Of a stretch of DNA of 64,000 nt, positions 1 through 8,317 are shown one piece after another. Below the pieces are notes generated by a model. That model ran no database searches, was not told the origin of the DNA, and saw only the letters and a list, made by a program, of their open reading frames with translations. Source of the stretch: a virus; the IMG/VR virus record IMGVR_UViG_3300045988_140747, one strand, 5' to 3'. Made by a program: the position numbers and the translations under genes. How positions within the stretch are numbered: the first letter of the stretch is position 1; every line of letters begins with the position of its first letter.

Positions 1-1
1 T

Positions 2-283
2 GTAAGCAAGTATTTCCAGAAAGGTAGTCTGATTGCCATTGAAGGCAGTCTTCAGACCCGAAACTATCAAGACAAGAATGGCAACAAGCGTACAGCAGTA
101 GAGGTCGTTGCAAACAACATTAACTTCGCTGGCCCCAAGAACAACGGCTCTGGCGGAGGCAATGATTATCAAAACGCATCCTCTAACACGAGCTATGACG
201 CTGCGGATCCTGCGCCCGCAGAGGATGCAACAGCGGCTGACGATTTCGCTGTCATTGACGATACAGATGACCTGCCATTCTAG
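2..283 (+). CDS. ssb: Single-stranded DNA-binding protein, C-terminal part (5' end outside window)
   Basis: Frame 2 is open from the window edge to TAG 281-283. It shows an OB-fold end (IAIEGSLQTRNYQDKNGNKRTAVEVVANNINF), a Gly/Asn-rich linker and the canonical acidic tail ending DDLPF. Confidence 0.85.
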   Translation, partial: VSKYFQKGSLIAIEGSLQTRNYQDKNGNKRTAVEVVANNINFAGPKNNGSGGGNDYQNASSNTSYDAADPAPAEDATAADDFAVIDDTDDLPF

Positions 284-296
284 CGAGGTGTGAAAA

Positions 297-704
297 ATGA
301 GTCTTGCCCGTAAAATGATTCGTTGCAGTCTGCGTACTGGCGGAAAGAGCATAGAGCAAATCCGAGAGATGTTCAAAGGGCAGGGGCTGACTTACCGGGA
401 CTTTGAAAACCTTCAGAAAATGTATGAAGAGTTTGACGGCGCGGAAGTTGTCCTGTCGCTGTGGGACTGGGATCGGAGAGAAAGCTATCATCTTGATAGT
501 TGGTCAGCTGCTGATGATGAGAAGGTGATGCGCGGCGTATACTTCGCCGAGCAGACTCATCCGTTCCCGCGGTACAAAGACAATTTTGAAAAGTTCCAAT
601 GCGACTGGAAGGCTGGAAAATATGACTTCGGAGGAGCTTCTTTGACATTTTCACCCGAGGACGTTGAAGAAATCGAAGAGGTTATCGGAATGGAGATGCC
701 CTGA
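297..704 (+). CDS. Hypothetical early protein (135 aa)
   Basis: ORF packed tightly after ssb; no motif recognised. Confidence 0.5.
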   Translation: MSLARKMIRCSLRTGGKSIEQIREMFKGQGLTYRDFENLQKMYEEFDGAEVVLSLWDWDRRESYHLDSWSAADDEKVMRGVYFAEQTHPFPRYKDNFEKFQCDWKAGKYDFGGASLTFSPEDVEEIEEVIGMEMP

Positions 705-707
705 AAT

Positions 708-1124
708 TTGAACAAGAGCTGTGCTATCTGGCTTGACGGGCGCTCTTTTTCTATGAAAGATGAAATTTTACTGCAATTGGGTAATGATGGAAATCTCAAA
801 AAGTACAATGATGAGTTTGACATCATCATTCATTGCGAAACCGAAAAGGATAGGGAAGATACCATAAGGCTCCTCAAGAGAGCCGATAGGCTTAGATGGC
901 ACGATGTCAACAAGGAAATGCCTAAAGATGACGTGGATCCTTTGGCCAAAGATTGTAGCGTTGAGGTGTATGTTGTAACCAATGATGGATGGACGGGCAT
1001 TGCCTTTCATGTCAAAGGTGATCCGGCAGACGAATGGATGTTCGCCGAAGGCTCTGCAAGCTTCGGAACGTCTTTTGACGGCGTGACCCATTGGATGTAT
1101 CAACCTGATGCGCCAGACAAATGA
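708..1124 (+). CDS. DUF551-like phage protein
   Basis: C-terminal pattern W-H-D-V..MPKDD..VEVYVV...THWMYQPDAP resembles DUF551. Start uncertain (TTG 708 or ATG 753). Confidence 0.45.
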   Translation: MNKSCAIWLDGRSFSMKDEILLQLGNDGNLKKYNDEFDIIIHCETEKDREDTIRLLKRADRLRWHDVNKEMPKDDVDPLAKDCSVEVYVVTNDGWTGIAFHVKGDPADEWMFAEGSASFGTSFDGVTHWMYQPDAPDK

Positions 1125-1142
1125 AAGGAATAGACAAGATAT

Positions 1143-1640
1143 ATGAGCGTAGTAGCAGCAAAGGTATATACCGACCACATCGAAGTGGCAGCGGATTCTA
1201 TCATTGTCCAAGGCGACATGAAGAGATCTGGCTTTTTTTCAAAGCTTGAATGCATCAACGATATGATTATTGGAGCTTGTGGGACTGCGAGAGAGGCTTC
1301 TTTAATGTGGCAATTTGCAAAGACCCACAAGCCAGAATCTGCCACTGAGAGAGATGTTCTTGCGTACATGGTCGAATTTCTTAAATGGAAAAAGGATTTC
1401 GGAGGAGACGCCGAAATTGAGAATGATTACGTTATTGCTTACCAAGGGCGTCTTTTTGAAATCGAGGAAACGTTTGTGAATCGAGTGAAAGACTACGTTG
1501 CGATCGGAGCCGGCATGTACTTTGCAACTGCAGCTCTTTACCTCGGCCAGAGTCCCAAAAATGCGGTTAAGGTGGCGTGCGATCTTAACTGCTATGTGGC
1601 CGAACCTATTGTGTCTTATGAGATGAAAACAGTTGACTAA
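1143..1640 (+). CDS. HslV/proteasome-beta-like Ntn-hydrolase peptidase
   Basis: After Met removal the residues Ser1, Asp17 (AADS) and Lys33 (FFSKL) fall at proteasome/HslV catalytic positions. IIGACGTAREASL aligns with HslV VIAGFAGGTADAF. Confidence 0.55.
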   Translation: MSVVAAKVYTDHIEVAADSIIVQGDMKRSGFFSKLECINDMIIGACGTAREASLMWQFAKTHKPESATERDVLAYMVEFLKWKKDFGGDAEIENDYVIAYQGRLFEIEETFVNRVKDYVAIGAGMYFATAALYLGQSPKNAVKVACDLNCYVAEPIVSYEMKTVD

Positions 1641-1652
1641 GGAGGTTTTAGT

Positions 1653-2069
1653 ATGAAAGTCATTATCAATACCCACGGAAACCCGCTTCCCGCGTCTTAC
1701 GGCGAGTGGGTCGATCTTTACACCGCAGAAGATGCAACCCTCGAACCGCTGGAGTTTAAGATCATCTCTCTTGGCGTGTCCATGCAGTTGCCCAAAGGAA
1801 AGTATGCCGTCGTGGTCCCACGCTCTTCTGCCTGCAAGAACTATGGTGTCATCATGGCGAACAGCATTGGCATCATTGAGAACAGCTATTGCGGCAACAA
1901 TGACATCTGGGGATTTCCTGCTGTTGCCATCCGGCACACTGAGATTCCGAAGGGAACACGGCTGTGCCAGTTCCGGCTTGTTGACCAGTCCGAAGCGATC
2001 GTGTTTGAACCCGTTGATGACCTCGGGAACCCTGACCGTGGCGGGTTTGGAAGCACTGGCAGCAAGTAA
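1653..2069 (+). CDS. dut: dUTP diphosphatase (trimeric dUTPase)
   Basis: Motifs PRSS, GIIENSYCG, RLCQF and the C-terminal RGGFGSTG; 138 aa. Confidence 0.9.
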   Translation: MKVIINTHGNPLPASYGEWVDLYTAEDATLEPLEFKIISLGVSMQLPKGKYAVVVPRSSACKNYGVIMANSIGIIENSYCGNNDIWGFPAVAIRHTEIPKGTRLCQFRLVDQSEAIVFEPVDDLGNPDRGGFGSTGSK

Positions 2070-2149
2070 ACCTCTCTGTTGGGACATTTTCATTCCATTA
2101 TCTGCCCCTGCTAAAGGATAGAGTGATGACGATGTAGGAGGAAATCAAA

Positions 2150-2686
2150 GTGAGAAGCCCGGAAATCGAGATAAAAGAAAGACGGTATGACGTTGATGCC
2201 GTAAAGAATCGGCTCAACGCATACCGCGATAAAGAGCGGGAAATCGACGTCAAGGTCGAACGGCTTGAAACTTTGATTTCCAAAATGAAAAGCATAGAAT
2301 CCCAGAGGATGTCCGATATGCCTAAAGCTGCCGGAGCCGGAAGTGACAGAATGGCGCGTGATCTTGAGCATAAGGAAGACCTAGAAAATGCTATCAATGA
2401 AGCAATAATGTCGCAGAAGGTCGAAAAGGCCGCTATCAAGGAAGAACTCGAGCAGCTGAAACTTTCAGATGAAAGAGAAGTTATCCAGATTCGGTATTTT
2501 GATTGCAACGGGTGGAGCGATGTTGCCCGGATCATGTTTGGTATGAAACCTGACTATGAGCGAAAGCAAGATAGCTATCTTCGACGAGTGTTCAAAATAC
2601 ACGGCTCTGCACTCCTGCACATTGCGATGATCGAAGAGGAAGGAACAATGAATCCGTCCGAGAAGACTTCGGAAATTGCGAATTAA
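2150..2686 (+). CDS. Sigma-70 region-4-like phage transcriptional regulator (DUF1492/DUF722/ArpU-like)
   Basis: GTG start after GGAGGA. A coiled-coil N-terminus carries MSDMPKAAGAGSD, followed by IQIRYFDCNGWSDVARIMF...YLRRVFKIHGSALLHI (HTH). Confidence 0.5.
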   Translation: MRSPEIEIKERRYDVDAVKNRLNAYRDKEREIDVKVERLETLISKMKSIESQRMSDMPKAAGAGSDRMARDLEHKEDLENAINEAIMSQKVEKAAIKEELEQLKLSDEREVIQIRYFDCNGWSDVARIMFGMKPDYERKQDSYLRRVFKIHGSALLHIAMIEEEGTMNPSEKTSEIAN

Positions 2687-2696
2687 CGCAATTTAT

Positions 2697-2724
2697 TTGA
2701 CATGGACGGTAGTTGTGGTACGAT
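2697..2724 (+). promoter_or_regulatory. Sigma-70-type promoter, copy A of a conserved phage promoter
   Basis: TTGACA (2697-2702), 16-nt spacer, TACGAT (2719-2724), then a TTGTAAAAA box. It lies in the intergenic gap before the 2766 gene. Confidence 0.6.
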
Positions 2725-2765
2725 AACGTTGTAAAAACAAACCCACAACAAACGGAGGAAATACA

Positions 2766-2996
2766 ATGAAGGCCAAAATGAAGAAGTATTTCGCTGTCAA
2801 GAACGTTGAGCTTCCCGATTGCACTTATGTTCCCGGGTACTTCGGAAAGGAGCATTTTGCCTCAACACATCCGACCCCGAAGGAGATTGAGACGTTTGGC
2901 TTTGACACCAGAAATCAGGCGATCGATGAACTTTGCAACCTTGCGAAGATCTTCGGAACCGGGAACGTACACGGATACGCTGTTGTTGAACTATGA
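2766..2996 (+). CDS. Hypothetical protein (76 aa)
   Basis: GGAGGA RBS; downstream of promoter A. Confidence 0.5.
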   Translation: MKAKMKKYFAVKNVELPDCTYVPGYFGKEHFASTHPTPKEIETFGFDTRNQAIDELCNLAKIFGTGNVHGYAVVEL

Positions 2997-3019
2997 TTAC
3001 CGAAAAGGAGGCTGTTTGG

Positions 3020-3247
3020 ATGACCAAGATTGACGCTTTCAAGGAAACTATCAATATCGATATCGCAATGAAGCGCGGTATGATGAATCGCGACGTTGAA
3101 AGCATCAGGAACTGCATTGACAGTGATCCTGTTGCGTTCGCCGATCAGATTCTCAGCTACGCTGAGGATCTTTCAAGACTTAAGAACGAGATTATCAATC
3201 TGAAATCCACCTTGTCTATGCTTGATGCTATCAAAGTATCTGAATGA
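3020..3247 (+). CDS. Hypothetical protein (75 aa)
   Basis: ATG 3020 lies 8 nt after GGAGG and is in frame with track ORF 2993-3247. Confidence 0.45.
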   Translation: MTKIDAFKETINIDIAMKRGMMNRDVESIRNCIDSDPVAFADQILSYAEDLSRLKNEIINLKSTLSMLDAIKVSE

Positions 3248-3264
3248 TCGCGGAGGAAAAGAAT

Positions 3265-3678
3265 ATGAACATCAGCTTTGAAGAAAAGAAGACGGAAGCC
3301 ATCAACCGCATGAAGATGCTCGGAATCTTCCCGGAGACCATCAAGCAGTTCAAGCAGGGGGGCTATGTTAGCCGGAGTGATCCTCCCTTTGGAGCGTACT
3401 ACTGGGTAGAAGGCGATGAACTTGATGCCCTTAGAAAGTTTGAGCAAGCGCACAACTGCCTTGTCTACACTGTCGTTCGAGCTTACACAAGCATCGGCAT
3501 GATGGACAGCTACCTGTTTGTAAGCGACTGCAAGGATGACTGGGATTCCGATCGAGAGGATCTCAAGGAAGGGTATGCCTTCTCCTACACAGTCAACTAC
3601 GATGCCCCTGACTGCTCCGAGTTTGGCACTATTGGGATCAAGCTTGCCGCTGCCGCAGGACTCGTACGGACAGCGTGA
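3265..3678 (+). CDS. Hypothetical protein (137 aa)
   Basis: ATG 3265 follows GGAGGA and is in frame with track ORF 3244-3678. Confidence 0.5.
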   Translation: MNISFEEKKTEAINRMKMLGIFPETIKQFKQGGYVSRSDPPFGAYYWVEGDELDALRKFEQAHNCLVYTVVRAYTSIGMMDSYLFVSDCKDDWDSDREDLKEGYAFSYTVNYDAPDCSEFGTIGIKLAAAAGLVRTA

Positions 3679-3805
3679 TGGCTGTTTATCAATAAAAAGG
3701 AGGAGCGTCTTATGAACGGAAAACCGCCGAGAGATCCGAAGTATCCATACAAATTGCCTATTTGGTGGTGAAGTTCCAATCCATGCCGGGAGCACCCGGC
3801 TTTAT

Positions 3806-3881
3806 CGGGTATTGGCGCAGACGGTAGCGCGCCAGATTTGGGATCTGGAGGCCGTCAGTTCGAATCTGACATATCCGACCA
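3806..3881 (+). tRNA. tRNA-Pro (anticodon TGG), CCA encoded
   Basis: Hand-folded cloverleaf: acceptor cgggtat/atatccg, D stem gcgc/gcgc, anticodon stem ccaga/tctgg with loop tTTGGga, T arm gtcag-ttcgaat-ctgac. Confidence 0.85.
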
Positions 3882-3932
3882 GCGGATCATCTCCGCATCG
3901 ATTGTCAACACATATAGTCTGGAGGAAATGAA

Positions 3933-4100
3933 ATGCCTACGCAGAGAGAATTTTCTGAAGCTTTCAGGTGGATGTTCGGAAGCACTTGGAGAGGAGCTGT
4001 TGAGACGTACAAGGAAATGAAACGGAAGGATCCACAGTATATCGAAACAGTCGTGGCCGTCTACCGGAAAAATAGCCGAGATGCGTTTTATAACGACTGA
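3933..4100 (+). CDS. Small hypothetical protein (55 aa) between two tRNAs
   Basis: ATG follows GGAGGAAATGA. It translates to MPTQREFSEAFRWMFG...YRKNSRDAFYND and is below the ORF-track cutoff. Confidence 0.35.
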   Translation: MPTQREFSEAFRWMFGSTWRGAVETYKEMKRKDPQYIETVVAVYRKNSRDAFYND

Positions 4101-4110
4101 TTATCAATAC

Positions 4111-4187
4111 GGGCTAGTAGCTCAGTCGGTCAGAGCCGGCAGCTCATAACTGCTTGGTCGCGGGTTCAAGTCCTGCCTGGCCCACCA
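4111..4187 (+). tRNA. tRNA-Met (or Ile2) anticodon CAT, CCA encoded
   Basis: Acceptor gggctag/ctggccc, D arm gctc-agtcggtca-gagc, anticodon loop ctCATaa, T arm gcggg-ttcaagt-cctgc. Not initiator-like: there is no GGG/CCC anticodon stem. Confidence 0.85.
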
Positions 4188-4224
4188 TTTTTTTGAATAC
4201 TACCCCAAAAAGGAGAGATGGATA

Positions 4225-4470
4225 ATGAAAAATTCGAGCGTCAAGGAAATCGTTGAATGGGTTATTGCGAAGGGGAAAGAGAAGGCTTCGTCTCGTGTCG
4301 CGGTTATCCACGAAAGCGAGATTATCAAAGAGTTCGGTGTGGAACCTGGATGGCTTCAGAGCCATGGTCCCGAAATCTATCATGAGTGCGATCGGCACAC
4401 AGAAGTTTCGGATTCTCTGATCTACACCGGAAATGACAGGGACTATTGGTCTATTCAGCTCACTTTTTGA
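4225..4470 (+). CDS. Hypothetical protein (81 aa)
   Basis: ORF with AGGAGAGA RBS. Confidence 0.45.
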   Translation: MKNSSVKEIVEWVIAKGKEKASSRVAVIHESEIIKEFGVEPGWLQSHGPEIYHECDRHTEVSDSLIYTGNDRDYWSIQLTF

Positions 4471-4507
4471 GCAAATAATAAGTCAAACGTGAAGGAAGGT
4501 TTTCATT

Positions 4508-4879
4508 ATGTTTTATTCGTTCTGCTTCTTGAACGGCAAGATCGGCGTTACTCTTGATCGCTACACCACCATCTCACCGAAGTTCCGCTCTTGCATTACC
4601 GGAATGATCGTTTCCGAAGATGATACTGAGGCGCTTGGCGATATGATCGGTGAAGAGGGCATTCATCTCCTTGTTGAGAACGGCTTTCTGATCGAAGAAG
4701 GCGAATGGAAAAAGACTCCTGACACCAGATCGTGGCAGGAGCTTTGTGAGTATGGCGAGGTTATCAAAGCGGTAAGGAAATTCAGGGAAGATCACGATTC
4801 CACCCTGAGAGAAGCTCGTGATGCCATTGAGAACTACAAGGCGTTTCTGAAGAACAAGTACGGCAGGAAGGGAAAGTAA
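4508..4879 (+). CDS. Hypothetical protein (123 aa)
   Basis: The C-terminal VIKAVRKFREDHDSTLREARDAIENY is faintly reminiscent of the ribosomal L7/L12 C-terminal domain (weak). Confidence 0.45.
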   Translation: MFYSFCFLNGKIGVTLDRYTTISPKFRSCITGMIVSEDDTEALGDMIGEEGIHLLVENGFLIEEGEWKKTPDTRSWQELCEYGEVIKAVRKFREDHDSTLREARDAIENYKAFLKNKYGRKGK

Positions 4880-5145
4880 TGATGCATCCCAATTATTTCA
4901 CGGTTCTTGGTTACAACAAGGACGATGGCAGTTACACTCATTTTACGGACTGCTCAAGTTTTCCAAATGCAGAAAGGTATGCAAGGTACTTGCTTCGGAC
5001 GGCTCAGGCAAAGCCGGCTGGCGGAAGCTTTGACCAGTTCGAAGTATGGGATATCAACAAGAACCGGGTTGCAGTGCTATCCCCCGACGGGGGGAAGCGA
5101 ATCTGTGAGGGCGTGACAAATGCGGATCGAGAAGATTTTCTGTGA
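4879..5145 (+). CDS. Hypothetical protein (88 aa)
   Basis: Start overlaps the previous stop (TAATGATG). Confidence 0.45.
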   Translation: MMHPNYFTVLGYNKDDGSYTHFTDCSSFPNAERYARYLLRTAQAKPAGGSFDQFEVWDINKNRVAVLSPDGGKRICEGVTNADREDFL

Positions 5146-5374
5146 TCGTTGCGGCAAGGAGATTCCAAAGGTTACAGAGATGAACATTTTGGGCCATGAA
5201 GTAGAGAGATATCGGCTTGGGAAGCTAGATTTTGGATTTCCATTCCACGACATCGACCTTAGCCGGTATGGCACAGACGTTTGCGAGAAATGCGCTTTTG
5301 AAGTAAGCATATTGATGCGCGACCAGAAAGCTAAAATGATTGGAGGCAACGGCTATGGAACACTCAAGGAATGA
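5120..5374 (+). CDS. Small zinc-ribbon-like protein (84 aa)
   Basis: CDRCGKEI ... CEKCAF gives two CxxC pairs. Confidence 0.45.
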   Translation: MRIEKIFCDRCGKEIPKVTEMNILGHEVERYRLGKLDFGFPFHDIDLSRYGTDVCEKCAFEVSILMRDQKAKMIGGNGYGTLKE

Positions 5375-5837
5375 CGCCTACAATGCACTGGATACTCTGG
5401 CAAGCAACGTCAGAGAAACAGACAACTACGGCATGTTCTGCAGGGACGAGCTGAAAAGCCTGATTGATGACTATTTTTCAATTGTAGATCACCTCAAGCA
5501 AACGACACTCTGGGATGTCCTGACATATGAAGATCGGCTTGAAAGTCCGGTGCGAATCCTCACAGCAGACAATGAGCGGCTGAAGAATGAAAACAACGAG
5601 CTTCTTTGCAAGCTCAAACAGTCTGAAAAGTACATAGCTTACGAAGACATCGATGAACAGCTCCGCATTGGTGATGTAGTTTACTCGAAGATTTTGAAAA
5701 CGGCTGGAACGGTTCTCCGAGCCGATCCTGATGACTATATTATCGCAGACTTTGATATGAGAAATGGATCGTCAAAGAGATATGCGTGCAGATGGAATGA
5801 TATTGTTCTTATAGAACGGAAGGGGGAGCAAAAATGA
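5355..5837 (+). CDS. Hypothetical coiled-coil protein
   Basis: ATG 5355 lies 8 nt after GGAGG and is in frame with track ORF 5340-5837. Confidence 0.45.
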   Translation: MEHSRNDAYNALDTLASNVRETDNYGMFCRDELKSLIDDYFSIVDHLKQTTLWDVLTYEDRLESPVRILTADNERLKNENNELLCKLKQSEKYIAYEDIDEQLRIGDVVYSKILKTAGTVLRADPDDYIIADFDMRNGSSKRYACRWNDIVLIERKGEQK

Positions 5838-6076
5838 AGTATTTTGTTGAAGCGAACGTTAAGTACCCTTACATGAGCACGACTGCCACGTTTATCATTG
5901 ATTGCGATTGTACGATCGAATCTGTTGATGGCATCACGTGGCTTGAATCTCAAGCAAAAAGGGCTTTCGATGAAGAGCCATCCAACCGCAAAGACTACGA
6001 TGAGTTCATTATTATCTCGTTTTCTCCGCTTGACACACCTACGGGCCCCATTTGCGGAGGTGCAGCTTTGTTATGA
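5834..6076 (+). CDS. Hypothetical protein (80 aa)
   Basis: ATGA overlap with the upstream gene. Confidence 0.4.
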   Translation: MKYFVEANVKYPYMSTTATFIIDCDCTIESVDGITWLESQAKRAFDEEPSNRKDYDEFIIISFSPLDTPTGPICGGAALL

Positions 6077-6258
6077 AAAAGAAAGAAAAAACATGCGATC
6101 CTGGCACCTGCGACTATTGCCAGTACATTGGCGAAGGTGACTTTTTGTGCGACAAATATCTCGAAGTCGTCGTAGAGGACTGGGAACCCACCAAAAACTT
6201 TTTGATGTGTGCCAAGAAAAAACGGAGGATTTCAAATGACTTTTCTGTGCGTCCCTGA
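6073..6258 (+). CDS. Small Cys-rich protein (61 aa)
   Basis: ATGA overlap with the upstream gene; CDPGTCDYC...FLCD. Confidence 0.4.
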   Translation: MKKKEKTCDPGTCDYCQYIGEGDFLCDKYLEVVVEDWEPTKNFLMCAKKKRRISNDFSVRP

Positions 6259-6475
6259 AAAGTGCGATATCAGTATTATCACACCTGCAGACAAAGAGAC
6301 TCCAATTCTCTGCACTGCCCACAATTGCGAGAGAAGAGTCTCTCCTACATGTGGAAGCTGTAAGTTCTATGCGGAACATGAAGGCGTGTGCTGCTACTAC
6401 AAGTCGGAACATGTGGCGGATTTTACCGCTCCTGATGATGAATGCCGCTGTTGGAGGAAGAAAGAAGATGCTTGA
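6236..6475 (+). CDS. Small Cys-rich protein (79 aa)
   Basis: ATG follows GGAGGA. Contains 10 Cys (CTAHNC...CGSC...CC...CRC). Confidence 0.4.
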   Translation: MTFLCVPEKCDISIITPADKETPILCTAHNCERRVSPTCGSCKFYAEHEGVCCYYKSEHVADFTAPDDECRCWRKKEDA

Positions 6476-6713
6476 TATCGTTCTGAAGATTTCGCAGATC
6501 GCTGCCGCCGGCGCTGCGATTTTTATGATTTATCAAAGCGTTAAGCCAAGACCGCTTTGTGATAGATGCAAACATCTGATCTGCAAAAGGACGGATGACT
6601 ACTTCAAATATGTGTGCGGAGCTGGCTCTTTTAGAGAGTTCTATCATAAAGCCCCTGAGATCTGTAACTGTTTTGAGAAAAAAGTGGAAGGCAATACGTC
6701 CCATTTTCAATAA
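6468..6713 (+). CDS. Small membrane-anchored Cys-containing protein (81 aa)
   Basis: ATG overlaps the upstream stop. Hydrophobic N-terminus IAAAGAAIFMIY, then CDRCKHLIC...C..C. Confidence 0.4.
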   Translation: MLDIVLKISQIAAAGAAIFMIYQSVKPRPLCDRCKHLICKRTDDYFKYVCGAGSFREFYHKAPEICNCFEKKVEGNTSHFQ

Positions 6714-6746
6714 TGACAGGAGATAATCTTTAGGAGGAGCTTGTGG

Positions 6747-6944
6747 ATGAAAAAAGCAAACGGCAGGTATATGGATGTAGTGTGCGACCGTTGTGGGCGC
6801 GATATCCGAGTGGATGACACAAGCAGGGCGCTACTACACGGATGGGGATGGCGAAAAGACACTGGAGACTTATGCCCGGGGTGTTATAGCGACTACAGAA
6901 AAATGATCTCTGAATTCAAATCCGAGAAGCGCAAAATCCGATAA
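6747..6944 (+). CDS. Small zinc-ribbon protein (65 aa)
   Basis: AGGAGG RBS; CDRCGR ... CPGC. Confidence 0.45.
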   Translation: MKKANGRYMDVVCDRCGRDIRVDDTSRALLHGWGWRKDTGDLCPGCYSDYRKMISEFKSEKRKIR

Positions 6945-6970
6945 ATGTTAAGATTTAGGAGGAACTAAGC

Positions 6971-7198
6971 ATGGAAGAATGCAGATTAAAACCATGTCCC
7001 TTTTGTGGTGGCGAGGTCACCATCGCTGAAGGCGGCGATGATTTAACTAAGTGGATGTTTGTCACAAGAGGAAACAAAGAAAACGCTTGCAAGTGCCGCG
7101 TATTTATGGAAAGTAAACCGTACTATTCTGATTGCGAAGAAAATGATAAACAAAGTATCAAGCGGAAGCTTATCAATGAGTGGAATAAGAGGATTTGA
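6971..7198 (+). CDS. Lar-family restriction-alleviation-like zinc-ribbon protein
   Basis: N-terminal LKPCPFCGG signature plus a second Cys pair (CKC); 75 aa. Confidence 0.6.
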   Translation: MEECRLKPCPFCGGEVTIAEGGDDLTKWMFVTRGNKENACKCRVFMESKPYYSDCEENDKQSIKRKLINEWNKRI

Positions 7199-7227
7199 TA
7201 AAAGCTGAGATTTAAGGGAGATACATT

Positions 7228-7425
7228 ATGAAAAAGTTCGTTGTTCTTTTTGAAGGTTGGAATGATAAGCACGACCGTGAATGTATGCGCTATGTTGTTG
7301 ATGCAGATGATGGCTTTGAAAGTATTTTGAGTGTTGAAGAACGGGCGGAAAAGATGGCTCGAAGCAAACATCCTAATCTGAAAAATTTTAAGACGCTTTA
7401 CATCAAAGAACTGCTTAACAGATAA
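7228..7425 (+). CDS. Hypothetical protein (65 aa)
   Basis: ORF with GGGAGA RBS. Confidence 0.4.
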   Translation: MKKFVVLFEGWNDKHDRECMRYVVDADDGFESILSVEERAEKMARSKHPNLKNFKTLYIKELLNR

Positions 7426-7450
7426 AAACTAAGTTTTAATTAGAGTTGTG

Positions 7451-7630
7451 ATGGAAGAACATGAACTGAAACCATGCCCGTTTTGCGCATCGGAGTATCC
7501 TCATGTCATGCTAAACGATAGAGGAGCGAAGGCTGGAATGTGGAGATACTTTGTAGAATGCCTTAACTGCGAAAGCAAAACTGGCATCTATAAAACAAAG
7601 GAAGGCGCAATGCAGGCATGGGAGCTGTGA
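7451..7630 (+). CDS. Lar-family restriction-alleviation-like zinc-ribbon protein (second paralog)
   Basis: ELKPCPFCAS ... CLNC; 59 aa. Confidence 0.6.
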   Translation: MEEHELKPCPFCASEYPHVMLNDRGAKAGMWRYFVECLNCESKTGIYKTKEGAMQAWEL

Positions 7631-7665
7631 GCATATAAAAAATAGGTTCTATGGAGGTTTGTCTC

Positions 7666-7983
7666 ATGGAGAAAATTAAATTGGTTGATGCAATTTCCAT
7701 TTCTGATGGATTCAAGAAGGCTGGACTGGAGAAAAAATCTGAGGCAAAGAGGCTTATGGATTCAAAAGATATCTATAAGCAACGGAAGGGGATAGTCAAG
7801 GACTGTGGAGCTGATATGATCATTGGCCTTGCTGAAGACCTCGCTACATTTCGAGGAATTGATATTGTTGCACTCCTCACCGAATATGAGTCGATAAAGA
7901 CATATACAGATTGTGAAGAATACAGAAAGCAGGGTGCCATTGAGGTTCTCGAGAGGATGATCGACATGCTCTCTTCAAATTAA
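7666..7983 (+). CDS. Hypothetical protein (105 aa)
   Basis: ATG lies 7 nt after GGAGG and is in frame with track ORF 7651-7983. Confidence 0.45.
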   Translation: MEKIKLVDAISISDGFKKAGLEKKSEAKRLMDSKDIYKQRKGIVKDCGADMIIGLAEDLATFRGIDIVALLTEYESIKTYTDCEEYRKQGAIEVLERMIDMLSSN

Positions 7984-8006
7984 ATCTGTAATCGGAGGTT
8001 CAATTT

Positions 8007-8306
8007 ATGCCATATTTTGTATGTGAGGAATGCAAAGCTGGCCATTGCGCACGAAGGTCTCCCGGACCGAATATCGTAGTGGATAGAATGTGCGATTTTT
8101 TCATTGGATGGTGCGATATCGAAAAATACAAACCGCCGGAATGTACGGAGATTGTAGTCAAGGATTCAAAAGGCAAAATGCATCTTGCTTTTTATCAGCC
8201 TGGTTGGGATGTTGGCTACGCTCATAAGGATCCTGTAGTTATGGACAGCAATACGGGAGAAAAAATCGAGGATCCGGCAAAATGGCTCAAAGGAATGCAG
8301 CTATAG
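8007..8306 (+). CDS. Hypothetical Cys-containing protein (99 aa)
   Basis: CEECKAGHC at the N-terminus; GGAGG RBS. Confidence 0.45.
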   Translation: MPYFVCEECKAGHCARRSPGPNIVVDRMCDFFIGWCDIEKYKPPECTEIVVKDSKGKMHLAFYQPGWDVGYAHKDPVVMDSNTGEKIEDPAKWLKGMQL

Positions 8307-8317
8307 GAGGAATAAAG

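Noticed and set aside
1302-2093. Long minus-strand ORFs opposite recognisable + strand genes. Other examples: 13871-14593, 14493-15227, 21930-22514, 43176-44099, 45430-46080, 53464-54192 and 59574-60278.
   Set aside because: Each lies antisense to a + strand gene with clear motifs (dUTPase, ParB-like, NeuD, portal fusion, Baseplate_J, fibres, HD). They lack an RBS and have odd composition. I treated them as shadow ORFs.
3838-4020. 60-aa ORF overlapping tRNA-Pro.
   Set aside because: It begins inside the tRNA. The better-supported small ORF in this gap is 3933-4100, in another frame and with a GGAGG RBS.
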